Below are positions 39,422 through 52,100 of a DNA stretch of 64,000 bases, piece by piece. The notes under the pieces were generated by a model. It saw only the letters and a program-made list of their open reading frames with translations. It had not been told where the DNA came from and searched no databases. The translations under genes were made by a program, and so were the position numbers. Each line of letters opens with the position of its first letter. The first letter of the stretch is position 1. Source of the stretch: Oikopleura dioica (taxonomy: Eukaryota; Animalia; Chordata); contig OU015568.1 in NCBI GenBank assembly GCA_907165135.1, forward strand, positions 11,408,001-11,472,000. Direction: 5' to 3'.

Positions 39422-39501
39422 CTCTGAAGGGACACTCCCGAAGGTCATTACCAGCTGCCCTGGCCCGCAGGCCAGACCTCAGCGTGTCACAGAGCTCATC
39501 C
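39422..39501. ncRNA. Candidate structured ncRNA (GC-rich multi-stem hairpin) upstream of lamin
   Basis: Nested helices CTCTG/CAGAG, GACAC/GTGTC, AAGGTC/GACCTC, TGGCC/GGCCA; T-runs nearby on both strands. Confidence 0.25.
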
Positions 39502-39938
39502 CTTTTCACAAGAGCTTCAAAACAATTGGCTTATCATGAGTGAATGATGGAGTGCTCATGCATCAAAGTAGATTCTGGGGAACCCTAACTCGAACTTAAT
39601 CGATTTCCCCATTTTATGTCTTTTTATAAGTTACTTCATTTAATTACCTTCACGTTTTTACGTGCAACTCTCTAATATTTTTTTCTAAACTAAGGTCGAT
39701 CAATAGCTTAAAATATCGATTATCTGTTCCCCTTTGGCTTAGAATCTCGTGGGTATACCTTCGCACTGCCTACGTTTGAATGCTATATTTATATCTAAAA
39801 ATAATCTAATCGCCACGGAATGGATCGCTTCCTCTGGTTAGACGTATTAATATAATTCAAAAATCAATACTTTGTATCCTCATGCCCAGCAAATAATTCA
39901 ATTACACAAAAACACGATCTCTCTTAATTCCGACAAGC

Positions 39939-40148
39939 ATGTACCCGAAAAGAGACAACGACGATTTCTTCATTAGGATATTTCTTGCAAGCTACATTTT
40001 CATCATAATTTATATTATTTATGCACTTTATGAGATAAAGAAGAAAATCTGGCCTAAAGAACAGAGACTGCTGCTATCTGCTCTTGCCAATACTGTCAAT
40101 ACTATTGCAAACATCACTTCTCCTCCAGAATACAAAAATAAACAGTAA
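39939..40148 (+). CDS. Putative 69-aa single-pass membrane microprotein
   Basis: AGCATG start; hydrophobic IFLASYIFIIIYIIYALY followed by KKK; PPEY motif near the C-terminus. Confidence 0.35.
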   Translation: MYPKRDNDDFFIRIFLASYIFIIIYIIYALYEIKKKIWPKEQRLLLSALANTVNTIANITSPPEYKNKQ

Positions 40149-40223
40149 AATACTTTTATTTTCGCTTGTGATTGATTTTTTACGTTTATTGATGCGTTTG
40201 ATTGTACAGTACTCTCTCTTTTC

Positions 40224-41453
40224 TTACTTCTTCTTTCCTCGTGGTCGCGAAGCATTTGGATTTTTGAAATGTCTGTTTCGCTGGCCAAAGCCCAATCTGT
40301 ATCCCTTCGATTCTGTATCGTTGAAATGGAAGGGCGATTCCATCGCGTCCAAGTCCGATGCCATGATATTATTTCGCATCATCGTCTTCTTTGAAACTCG
40401 CTGTTGCGGCATTGGCTGGAGATCCGTTAGAACCGGGTTCTTGGCGTATTTACCGCCTTGGGGTTTAGGCAAGTTGTAGACGGTGCCTCGTGATTTGAGG
40501 CATTTGGGATCTTTGGCCAGGAAGAGTTTGATGTTTCCGTCTTCCAAGACTTCGCACGCAACCCGACGCATTGTCTTGTGACCACAGCCGGGACAGAAGA
40601 CCTAAGAGTCGGCTTCAAGCTTTGACTAAATTGTAGAAACCAACCTTTGTACAAGTCTTGTCGATATATTTGCAGCCAGTGCATCTTAAAATATATTTTC
40701 TTGCATTTTTGATCTTTCGTCCTTCAACGCCAACCATTCCGATCTTCATTCTCAACAGCACGTTTTGCATGGCGAAATCAGTCGTAAGACAAGCGACGAA
40801 ATCGGGCTCTTCGACTTCTTCTGGGACATCGTCGATGTTGAATGGCGTGATCCAATCATCATCGTTGTCGTCCTCGGAATCGTCGTCCACATTATCTGGC
40901 GTCGTCCATTCTCCTTCACCGTCGTCTTCGTCTTCTGACGAATCTCCTTCGTAAAACCCTCGAATCTTCTTAGCTTCGTCCACTAAAATGATGCTCAAAC
41001 TATGGCCAAAAACAAATGCTGACAACCTGCAGGATCCGCTCCGATCTGCTCTTTTGTCTCGACACTCGAGAGATCTTCCTTCAGCTCCTTTTCTGGTGCC
41101 AATTCTTTACTGAGCTGATAAGTCAAGGCTAAAACTTTGATATCAACAGCAGAGAGCGAGGCAATGTCTCCAGAGAGTTTGGCAGCTTCGGATACTTTGT
41201 TGATCGCCTCCTGAGAGGGATCTCTAAAAACATAACTTAAAAAAAATGCTGCTTCTTTGAGCCATTTTGCCAACCTAAATTTCAGTTCATAAGGCAAGAT
41301 CTTGAGTCGCGCTTTTGTCTGTTTATCTCTGATTTCTGCTACTACTTCCGGGATCGTGTATGCATTTGCGCAGAGTCGCTCGATCGGGGCATTTTTGATG
41401 AAGCCACCGGAGTCGACGACCAGGTGTCCGATGCGCTTGTCTTCCACCGTCAT
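40224..41453 (-). CDS. NOB1: RNA-binding protein NOB1 (20S pre-rRNA endonuclease)
   Basis: PIN domain HLVVDSGGFI...TIPEVVAEIRD, LSAVDIKVLALTY, WITPFNI, CLTTDFAMQNVLL, RCTGC zinc ribbon, PKPQGGK. Confidence 0.97.
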
Positions 41454-42459
41454 TCTAGTAAAATTGTTTGAAATAAGGTGCTTTATTTTCGAAATTTTCT
41501 TTAATAAGTTTAAGATAAACTTTAACTAACCCAGCGTGAGGGGAGTCTCGTGTCACGTGAATAGATGTATGGATATTTTTATGCAGCTGAATCAGTACGT
41601 AAAGTTTTATCATTTTTTTTATAAATAAAACAGTTCTGTAGGCGAAAAAATGCCTTTAGTGATGATTTCAGGTAAATAAGATGGTTACTTTGTTGTTTTC
41701 AGGTTTGAGTTGTCATATTTTCAGGAATAGAATAAATGATATAAGTTGATGAAATAAGCGGGTAGTGGACAGAAAAAGTGATTAAACTGGGTAAGAGCAA
41801 TAGAATCTATTGAACAGATATATCTTCAAATTAAAACAAGCAAACTTATTTTTTCAACTAATTTAATAGTTTAAAACGACTGAATGTGTAGTAAGTGCGT
41901 CTTTGTTAAGTGTTAACGAAAGCTAAGTGCTCATAATTGCCATTTAAATGCATGAGTCATTTTTATATCCGAAATAAATTAAATGATCAATCAAAAAAAA
42001 AATGCCCTGAACCAGACTCTGGTCTGAATTTATGAGATATTAAAAAAGATGGAAAGGTGGAAGGATGAACATGACAGCTGCATGCAAAATATATGATAAA
42101 CAAAAAATGCAAAAATCAATATAAACGAACGCGACATAGTATCAGTAGTTGTACTTGGCATAAATAGGTATGAATCGGTTGTAAGAAAAGGTGAATAGAA
42201 TTCTGTTTTTTTTTTTTTGTATTTTCATCTTTATTTAGTTGAACGTTGGTTTGTGGCATTTTAAGCGTTTTAGGAAAAATGGGAAGTTACGGAAGAAACC
42301 GGTTATTGTACAGGATAAAAGGGGAAAATCACGGGTGCATCCTCATCTTTTCGGCGAGTAAAGAAACGCTAGAAATCGCTGAAAAGGGGAGGGAAAGAAA
42401 GAACTTTGACAGAGAGAGAGTCTCAACTTTTTTTTTTATAAATTTGCGTAGACAAGCGT

Positions 42460-43787
42460 TCATTGCAGCGTACAACAGCCTCGTCTTTGTGAGCCAGCCT
42501 TTTCTCGCTGCCGTGGGTTGTGTGATTCGTGGTCTAAACAAAGCGTTGCATAAAAAACGGTGGCTGATTGTTTTTGCTTACCTGGGAGGCGCTCCCTAGG
42601 TAAAAGATGCATCGCAAATCGTTTTCCCGGTAGCCTGATTCGATCCAGTGTCATGTCGTCGTGCAAGAATCGTCCCTAGAAATCCTTTTAGCAATGTTGC
42701 TTGATTTTAAGGATATAAGCTATGAATTTGAACTTTCGTAGCGCCTAAATGCGAAGTAGGATCATTTTCACTTCAAAAGTAATCCTACCTAAAAATGCAC
42801 GTAAAACTCAAATCTGGTATTTTCAAAAAAAATTTTATAGAAATTTTTCCTTTTAGAGCGTTTTGAAATCTTACGCTCTCGATTTCTCGAAATTTTTCCA
42901 CTAAATCGGTCGAGTTTTTTCGATGAATAACTTCTCTTAACCCTTATCTACAAAATTGACGGATCAGTTTTCCCTAATTCCGACCGAAACCGATTTTAGA
43001 GCCATTTCCATGAGGCTTACCCAGCGCGTGAATAGTGTAAAAAGCGGCGCGATGGGCGCTCGCTCTCTCAACTCCTCTTTTCCGTGAGAGTGGCGCGGTT
43101 GAGCGGAGCGCTTTGATTGGTTGCACGCGAAAAAGCACAAAAGAAGAAAACTCGAGCAAGAAAGAGGAAAACGCTAGAATGAAAATTTGATGGAATTTCG
43201 AAATAAAAGCCCGTCAATTTTCTAGCTTAACATTATCGAAATAAAATACACGGTTTTGTTTTAGCGATTCAATGGAAAAAATTCGAGCAATCGAGAGCGT
43301 AAGATTTGAAATCGCTCTAGAGAGAAAATTTTCCATAAAATTTTTTTCAAAAGTTCCAGATTTGAGTTCTACGTGCAATTTTAGGTAGGACTGCTTTTGA
43401 AATGAAAATGATCCTACTACGCATTTAGGCGCTACGAAAGTTCACATTCATAGCTTATATCCTTAAACCCACCTGAAAGACGAGTCGGAGAATATCGGGC
43501 CTCTCAACTTTATGATCGTTCCATTCTTCAGGCCAATTTTCGAATACATGTCGTGTGATCTCAGTAACAGATGACTGAAAGTTGCGTTGAACTCACTGTA
43601 AGGTAATTAAGAAAGAGACTTACCTTTGGGGAGATTGTGAATTCATGACTTTTCGATGAGTTCACCAAGATCAACGTAAGATATATAACATCGGGGTTAT
43701 TTTTGTTGTTTTCTGAAAGCATTTTTGGAGGATAGACGAGTCATTTGAGATATTACCTGGCACAGATGGAGCCTCATCTGATGACAT
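42460..43787 (-). CDS. UBL3: Ubiquitin-like protein 3 (membrane-anchored ubiquitin fold)
   Basis: Spliced MSSDEAPSVP...DVIYLTLILV...EITRHVFENWPEEW...PDILRLVFQGRFLH...MHLLPRERLP...GCCTLQ* (CaaX). Confidence 0.92.
42711..43462. mobile_element. Kolobok-like MITE (752 bp) in a UBL3 intron
   Basis: TTAA TSD (42707-10 / 43463-66); GG...CC termini; about 195-bp TIRs, 2 mismatches in the first 60 bp. Confidence 0.85.
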
Positions 43788-44385
43788 CGCAGATTCTGCG
43801 TTTTGAACTTTGAAAGATGGTTATTGACTTGTTTCTTTCTTTTTGATACTCCGTATCGCTTATTTTCTTCGTAGAAACAGGGTGCTGTTAATTCATGATA
43901 CCGATTTCAATTTCAAGCAATGACAGCCTGACTTTTTTCTAAAAAAAAACTCATAGTCAATAAGATTTATCGAAGTAAATAGTAATATTCTTGAAATTAA
44001 TCTGAGCTGTACGAGAAGTCAACTCAAGACAGGGCACCCAAAGTAAACATTTGGTCGAAATCTTATTTTTTCTTGTGAACAAATTTTCGACTGGAAAACT
44101 TGAGAGATGGGAAGAGAGGAATGAGTGATGCAGTTTTTTTTTTCTTACTGGTAAGATATTTGGATAACGTTTGAGAAGCGTATTCGTGAGATTTGCGTGA
44201 TTAGATAGTCTTTTGGGCAGATTTACTGGTTGTTGTTTTTTTGTGAGCGAGTTTAAGGAGGGAAGATAATTCAGGCAAGCATCAACCAAGCAGACATAGA
44301 ATCGTTGAACTTTAAGAAAGGAAAAATTGTTGAATGGTGAATATCGAATGAGGGGAGTATGAATAGGTTATGCTTGCCGACCCGA

Positions 44386-45202
<817 letters not shown>

Positions 45203-46195
45203 CTAGCAGGGGTTACGTAATTTACTGGATTAAATTTTCATTGAACATACGTTTTCTCGACAATAGGCAGAAAATTAAACATATTTTTAGTATATCTCGG
45301 AGTATCTCGACTGCAGTACTGAAAATTGTTCCTCTGTGGCATTTTTCGTCCTGTGCATGATATCAACGAGCTAATTTTCATCCCTCGGGGGCAGCGCTAG
45401 CACCACGTTATTAAAGACTACTGAATTATAAACCAGTGCTATAATTAAGTATGTAAAAAGCTATGAACTTGTCAAAGTTTTCTCACGCTTGTCTTACGAT
45501 TTTAAAAGGCCCTTCCTCGTTAGAATAGATTAAATGAGCGCCAAAATGTCACTGAATATTCTCTATAGAGATAATATCATATTGGGGTAACTGATAACGA
45601 GTATTACGTGAACCCTTCCTTTGATAGTCGCTCAACAAGATCCAGCAGCGATACTGTGCCTAGTCCTTCCACCCTAATTACGTCCGACATTTCTTTTCAT
45701 CTAAAATGCAGTTTTTCAATCGATTACTATCCGTAGTATTTAAATAATTAAATTGGAATCCAGCTTATTCGACAAAATTTTGCTTCAGAAGGTTTAGAAG
45801 AATAACAAGAAGAATTGTTGAAAAACAAACGTCGAAAGGCAGAATTATGCCAAATGTGGTGGTAAGGTTCAATAAATTATCCTAATTGCCAGAAAATCTG
45901 GCAGAAATGAATGAAAATCTGTCGCACAGAAATCATTGAAGGTAGGCTTATTGTCCGATTAAATCGGCGCGAAGGCCTAGCGAGAAGTCGTCGTAGATGG
46001 AAAATGGACGTCTTCAGAGATAAGGGAAAAACATGTGAAAATTGAAAAACAAAGGCGCAACTTCTCGAAAGAAGCTGCATGAAAAGAGCCTAAATGGATA
46101 AGGGGGTAGTGGGTGAGAAATTTTTGGAAAGGGGTTCAATGTTTGGGTCGTGTGAGGGAAGGAAGATTTATGGAGGGTAAAGGTAGACTTTACTT

Positions 46196-48859
46196 CTACT
46201 GATGAGGTTGTGATTGTGTCCCTTGTGGAGGGACTCCTTGCTGGGGTTGGTACTGGACTGGCTGGGCGTTTGGTGGCATCTGACGATACATTTGAGGGTG
46301 TTGCATACTCATAGCTTGGTTAGGCTGATCTAGAAATAGCTGATGAGCAATTGAAGGCAGTTACTTTCACTTACTTCCAGGGGACATGTGGTTGTACTGG
46401 ATAACCTGCTGCGGGTGAGTCATATGCGGCATCGTATGGTTGATATGGGGAGTAGGTTGATGAGGATTACCGTGGTGGTAAACAACGCTACCTCCTTGCG
46501 GTTGATTCGAGGCGGAGGTTACCGCCGGGTGCTAGAAAAGAAGTGAGAACGAGACATCGACACTAAACACATACCATAGGCTGCTGGTAATATTGTGGGT
46601 ACTGGTCACTTCGGTTGACCTGAATGTAACCGGAGCCGGCCATAGCTTGGTCTTGGTACATTTGGGGGATATGCTGGGGATGCGGTGCAGGATAACCTGG
46701 CTGGACAACGTATTGACCAGCGTGTGCCATGTTAGGAGGAGATGTTGGGTGTTGATGCCCTGGGCGAACGGGTCTCTGTCGACCACCAGGCTTCGATGAT
46801 GGAGGCTGTGTCTGACCCTGTTGCGGCTGAGGAGTGCCTGGCTGAGGTGTTTGGCCCTAAAAAAGATGTTTGAATAAGAAGGGGGGTTGAGAACTTACTC
46901 TTACTTGAGCGCCACTGACAGGGATGTGAGGTGGTTGACCAGCCATTCCAGGTTGATAGATAGGCGCCCCTGTTGGTTGCATCATAATGTGAGGGACACC
47001 GTGAGGAGGCACTTGAACGATGGGCTGGTTGTATTGAAAAGGGTAAATCTGGGGCATTTGATGGGGCGGCACATGTTGACCTGGACTGGGCCTGGCCATG
47101 TTGGGGTCCATTGTAACTGGCGGCGACTGTGGCATCATTGGAGGCATCATTGGAGACTGGCCAGGGACAGACGGATTGGGAGTTGCTGGCTTTTTAGCTC
47201 CAAAAGTTGGCTTGAATTCTGTTGCGTTCACATTAGGCGTCCATTCCTAATTAAATTTGAAGACATATGTAAATTCATAAATGTCTTACCTTCGCATTTG
47301 GATTCAGCGGCTTAGAGGCCGCTGGCGTGCCACTTTCACTCTTAGCTGCCTCTGTCTTTTGGGGCGTGGTTTGAGCAGGTGCCTGCTGAGCGGGAGCTTT
47401 AGTCATCGGACTTGGGGTCGCTCGACTGTTCTTTCTGCTATCACTTCCTTTTTGCTGCACAGTTGATTGTCCTTGAGGCGATGCTTTTGGTTGCGCAGCT
47501 CCTTCAGGTTGTTTCAAGTTGAAATTATTTGAGAAGGTTTTTAGATCTTCAAGTTTAGCTCCTGGCTTCGCGCCAGACGGAGACATCTTTGAAATAGAAG
47601 CATTTCCACCAGTTCCGCCAGCAACACCGGCCCAATTTCGGTTTCTATTAGGCTGTGGTGGTGCTGTGATGCCAGGTGGTGCTCCAAGAGAGCTTCCACC
47701 ACCAGGCATATTTGGCTTTCTCTGTGGAAGGGAGTCTTCTTTTGATGCTGACTTCCTGGCTTCTTTTTCTGAACTTTTTCGGCTTCGCTGCTCCTGCGAG
47801 TTCTGAGTTTGAAGTTGCTCTTTTCGGGGCGTTGTCTTCCTATCTCCCTGGCTTTGTCGCTGACCTGTTGGAGTCCCTGGCTTTTGAGAACCTGAGTTTT
47901 GCCTTGAGTGGCCTGGTGGAGGACCCTTGCTGCGCAAACTTGGTGGAATATATCTATTTGGGTCTCCTTCAGCGTTCGCGGACTCGTCAACGGCTGAGAA
48001 CTTGGTTTCCTCGTCTCTGGTGTCTTCCAGCTCCCATTTGATGTTCTGCTGGTAGTTCGCTGAGTCTTCGATTTGCTTCGCCAGTTGGTTTGCCCGTCTT
48101 ACTTGCTCGTTTGACACTTCAGTTCGCTTTAGCTCGACTGTGTAGCCGGAGAGATCCTTGTCGTAGGATGTCTGCACGTCGAATTTGCTCTTGTTCACAT
48201 TGAACATATCCTCTGCTGACCACCCGTTGCCTGTTGGCGGCCCGCCGGGATTGCCAATGACGCAGTCAAGATCGCCGACGTCCTCGACGTCCGGATCAGG
48301 CATCCACGAAACAAGCTCTTTGTCGGCTGAGAGTTGATCTTTCTTCTTGAGCGCGATCGCGCCGTCCGTAAAAGTGTCTTCCGTCGCGTAATTGAGATCA
48401 ACGGCTTCAAATGACATTGAGACGACTTCGTTGATTGGGAAAATCATGTCGTCGACGATATCGCCCTTTTGAGGTCCGTCGCCTGCCATTTTGACCTAAT
48501 TACTCAGTAATGACCGTGATTAACAAAGATCAATACCTTGTGAACAGCTGAAACGGCGAAATCCATGTCAGAAGAGAAGGTATTGAAGAAGCCCTCGTGT
48601 TTGACATTTGCGTTTCTGACAGAAACTTCACATTTGCTACCGACCAAGGCAGTGAGAACTTGACAGACCGATTGATTTTGGTAAATGCCCTTGAACGAGG
48701 CTGAGTTTGGAGCACGCTTAGCCTATAGTATTGGAAAATATTTGTGTTGAATATCGAGTATTATCGAACCTTTGTGCCGCTGGCGTTACTGTATGAATTC
48801 GGGTTCGGGGTCCTGTTACCCCCGCGGGAGGAGCTGTTCTTATTGTTACGTCTACTCAT
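46196..48859 (-). CDS. ATXN2: Ataxin-2 family protein (Lsm, LsmAD, PAM2, P/Q-rich tail)
   Basis: FKGIYQNQSVCQVLTALVGSKCEV (Lsm); YATEDTFTDGAI, WSAEDMFNVN, DEETKFSAV (LsmAD); PLNPNAK / NATEFKP (PAM2). Confidence 0.93.
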
Positions 48860-49111
48860 TACGAGTGAAGGTGTATCCAATTTCTGACAAAGCTAACACG
48901 CTCTAAAAAACGCCAAATTAGCATAAAAAATGTAAGTCAAAAATAAGATTGAATTTGTTTTTGAAGGCAGATCAGGTAGATATCACAATGAAGGCATACT
49001 GGTCAGTTCAGTAGTTGTTCTAGGTAAATCACGGCAACACACATGTATAATTAAAAGAAATAACTTGTCAAATAAAATAAGTTAGATGGTGAAATGGGCT
49101 AAAGTAAAGGT

Positions 49112-52100
49112 TCAAATCTGTCCGTTAGCCTTGAGCTCGGCGAACAGATTCTTTAGCTTTGGTTTTCCATCAGGTCCGACAGGCCTGTCCTTCTTTTTCT
49201 GCTCCTCAGCAGCCTTGTCCTCTTGAACTTGGGCGAGTTCATATGCTTCCATGATCAGTTCGAGCAAGTGCTTTCGGACGGTTGAATCTGGTTCATAGAA
49301 TAAACTAATTATCCCAAACGCGCGCTAATAAAACATTCATTAGTCATCACCAAATCAAGGTATTATTTTGTATCTTGTAGTGGATTAATATATGCAAGTA
49401 TGACTTTTGCAACAAAGTTGATTTCCGCCGCGCGCAATGGCCATAAAGCCATTAGCGCGCGCATTTCAAAACCACTACCACCCTCTGAATCCGCCACCAC
49501 CTTCTGTCGTAAAGCGCACTCACCCGATTCCACCGCCACCCTCGGCTCGTGAGGCCCGATGAAAACTCGCCACCCGGAACGAAATGCTATAAAAAGAAGC
49601 ACCCTTTTTACTCTGTGCCAGTCTGTACAAATCTGCGCCAACATCAACACCACAAATTTCTGAAAAACGATTACTGCTCCTACTGACTGCTCTGTCAGTA
49701 CAATAAACGTCCGTAGTTGTTGCTCCTCAACTACCCCCACAACAAAACGCCTTAGTCTCCAACATTTGTTATTGCATTTATAAAAGCACTACAAATTTTG
49801 GTGACTGAAAAACGGCGAGGAACTTTAAGACTAGAGTCCATCGCTTAAAGTTCGAAGACCCCCGAAGCCTACTTTACCGACAACGATACGAAAAGAGCTG
49901 CTGCCTACGATCTCCGAAAAAAGAAAACGCCAACAAAGGTTAGTACCCGGTTCAAAGGTCCCTAGATATTTTCAATAGTCCAGAGCGAGTCCCACTGAGC
50001 GGAGTGACTTCCATAAGAAGCGCCACCGACAGGCAAGCTTTTAGGACTTATAGGATCGGACCTTTAAGAAAAAGGCACCAAACCAAGAGCTCTTACCAAA
50101 TTTCTACTCATTCTATTTGAAATCATGTCTGAACTCTATTTCAAGCACGTACAAGACCTTAACAAAGGGGAACTACTAGTTATTTACGATAACCTCGAGG
50201 GAAAAACTTACCCACCAAAAATCCCCATAAGCGATAAAGAATCAATTTGCCACAATATTCTAGCTTTGGATAAAGATTTCTTTGTCAAAAATAGGAAATA
50301 TGTCTTTGAGAAAAGTGCTGATGGCCAATTCGTAAGATATTTTCCTCAGTACCAAGAGGACTGCCAAAACCAAAAATTCGCGCAAGCTCGTCATAAAATT
50401 GACACAGAAAAGATTTTGGCGTCCCGAAATGTAGAAAATCTAGATGCTTTGATCACATCGCTCAAAATAGAAACTGAATCTGTTTCAGGCTCAGAGCTTT
50501 CAAATGATTCGTCAGCTGATTCAGCTGATGAAACGGTCATTCAAGACGGCCAGGAAGCTCCGAAGCCACGAAAACAAAAGGTGAAAACTGAAAAGCCGGA
50601 ATCAAAAGATGTGCCGCGTTTCAAGAAAGAATCGAAATCGACACACATTCCAAAGCAACAGTTTGAACCAAAAATTTCGCGTTCTTCAAATCTAAAAGTA
50701 AAACCCCCACGTTATGACGCATCGATCCCGATCCCAGCTTGGCTTAAAAATCTTGAAATCTATGCACGATGTTCAAATCTTTCTACCAGCGAAATTATAA
50801 CCGTTGCACTAACATCGTTGCTCAATGAGTCCGAAGGATCTCATATAATCCAATCTCTGGAGTCGGAAGACATGCAAGACTGGAGCAGATTTAAAGATCG
50901 ATTAACAAGTATGCTTGGGAAGGATAAAGAGTTCTTTAAACAGCAATTTAAAGATTACCAAAGAGGTAGTGACAGTTTCGGACTAGCCCTCTCAAAGATC
51001 ACATCATACTATAAACAGGGCTACGACCTCACTCACCTCAATGAAAATGATCGTTCTATAATTATAGAAAGATTTTGCGAAAGCCAGTATCAAAAAATGA
51101 AAGAACTTTTGATGCGAGAAAAGTCACAGCTCACTCTTGAGAACATAGCGAAGCGAGCAGCGGAAATTGAGGCCTCCATTCCAAAAAAGGAGATCAACTT
51201 CAGTATCCAAGCTGAAGATGATGAAAAAGCTCGTTTCCGCGAACTCGTTAACAAGCTCTACCAAAAACTTGACTCTTCCCAAAGCACACACTCCAAATCG
51301 GGCAGCAAACGATCAAAAAGGTCGAAAATCGACATTGAAAAACTGAAAGGGCACTGTTTTTCGTACACAAAGTACAACAGATGCAAATATGCAGAAAACT
51401 GCAAATATATTCACTCTGACAAAGTTCCAGCAGATGTTTTGGACTACGTGAAAAAACAGGAGTGACTAGACGGCCATAAACATGCCATTTTCAACTTTTG
51501 TCCAAACTATAGATCCGCTTCTTCAGACCTAAAATTCATCAACGTCATTGTCGAAAACTTTCAGTATCCAGCCTTGATCGATAGCGGCTGCACCCGAACT
51601 TGCATTAAAAACACCCTCCCTTTTGTTCGTAAAACAAGAAGTTCTGATGTTGAACTCTTGGTCGCAAATGATGAAATAGTGCGCCCAAGAGTAATGTGCT
51701 CACCGGTCAAAATCACGGTCCCTTCTGATAATGGTAAATTTACCCTAGACCCCTTACCTTTGGTTGTTTCGAACCTATCCTGTCCAATAATTCTAGGACT
51801 TGACGTCCTTAAAAACGTCTCATTTTGCGATGGTGAGAACTTTATCACCCTTGAAAAACATCGGGTAAAAACAATTAACCCATCAATCTTCTCGAAACAA
51901 TCAACGAAAGTCTCAGCAATTATCGAGGTTGACCTAAACTCTGACCTTGAATCAAAATCGCTTGAGAACTTTCAATCAGTGCGTGAAGCACAAGCGAAAA
52001 GGGCGAATTTCGTACCTGAAATTGGGAATTACGGGGATGCTTCTCGAAATGAAAAACTTTCACTCCAGGGTCTAACCGAAAAATATAAACTTGCGTTTTC

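Noticed and set aside
39581-39589. AACCCTAAC as a telomerase RNA template
   Set aside because: No pseudoknot, CR4/5 or H/ACA elements downstream; a 9-mer is expected by chance
49556-49584. CCGATGA...GAAA in the LTR resembling a hammerhead core
   Set aside because: The core is CCGAUGA rather than CUGAnGA, stem II cannot form and there is no GAAAC/UH site
49363-49740. Antisense 125-aa ORF in both LTRs (also 57241-57621)
   Set aside because: No homology or coding signal; duplicated only because the LTRs are identical
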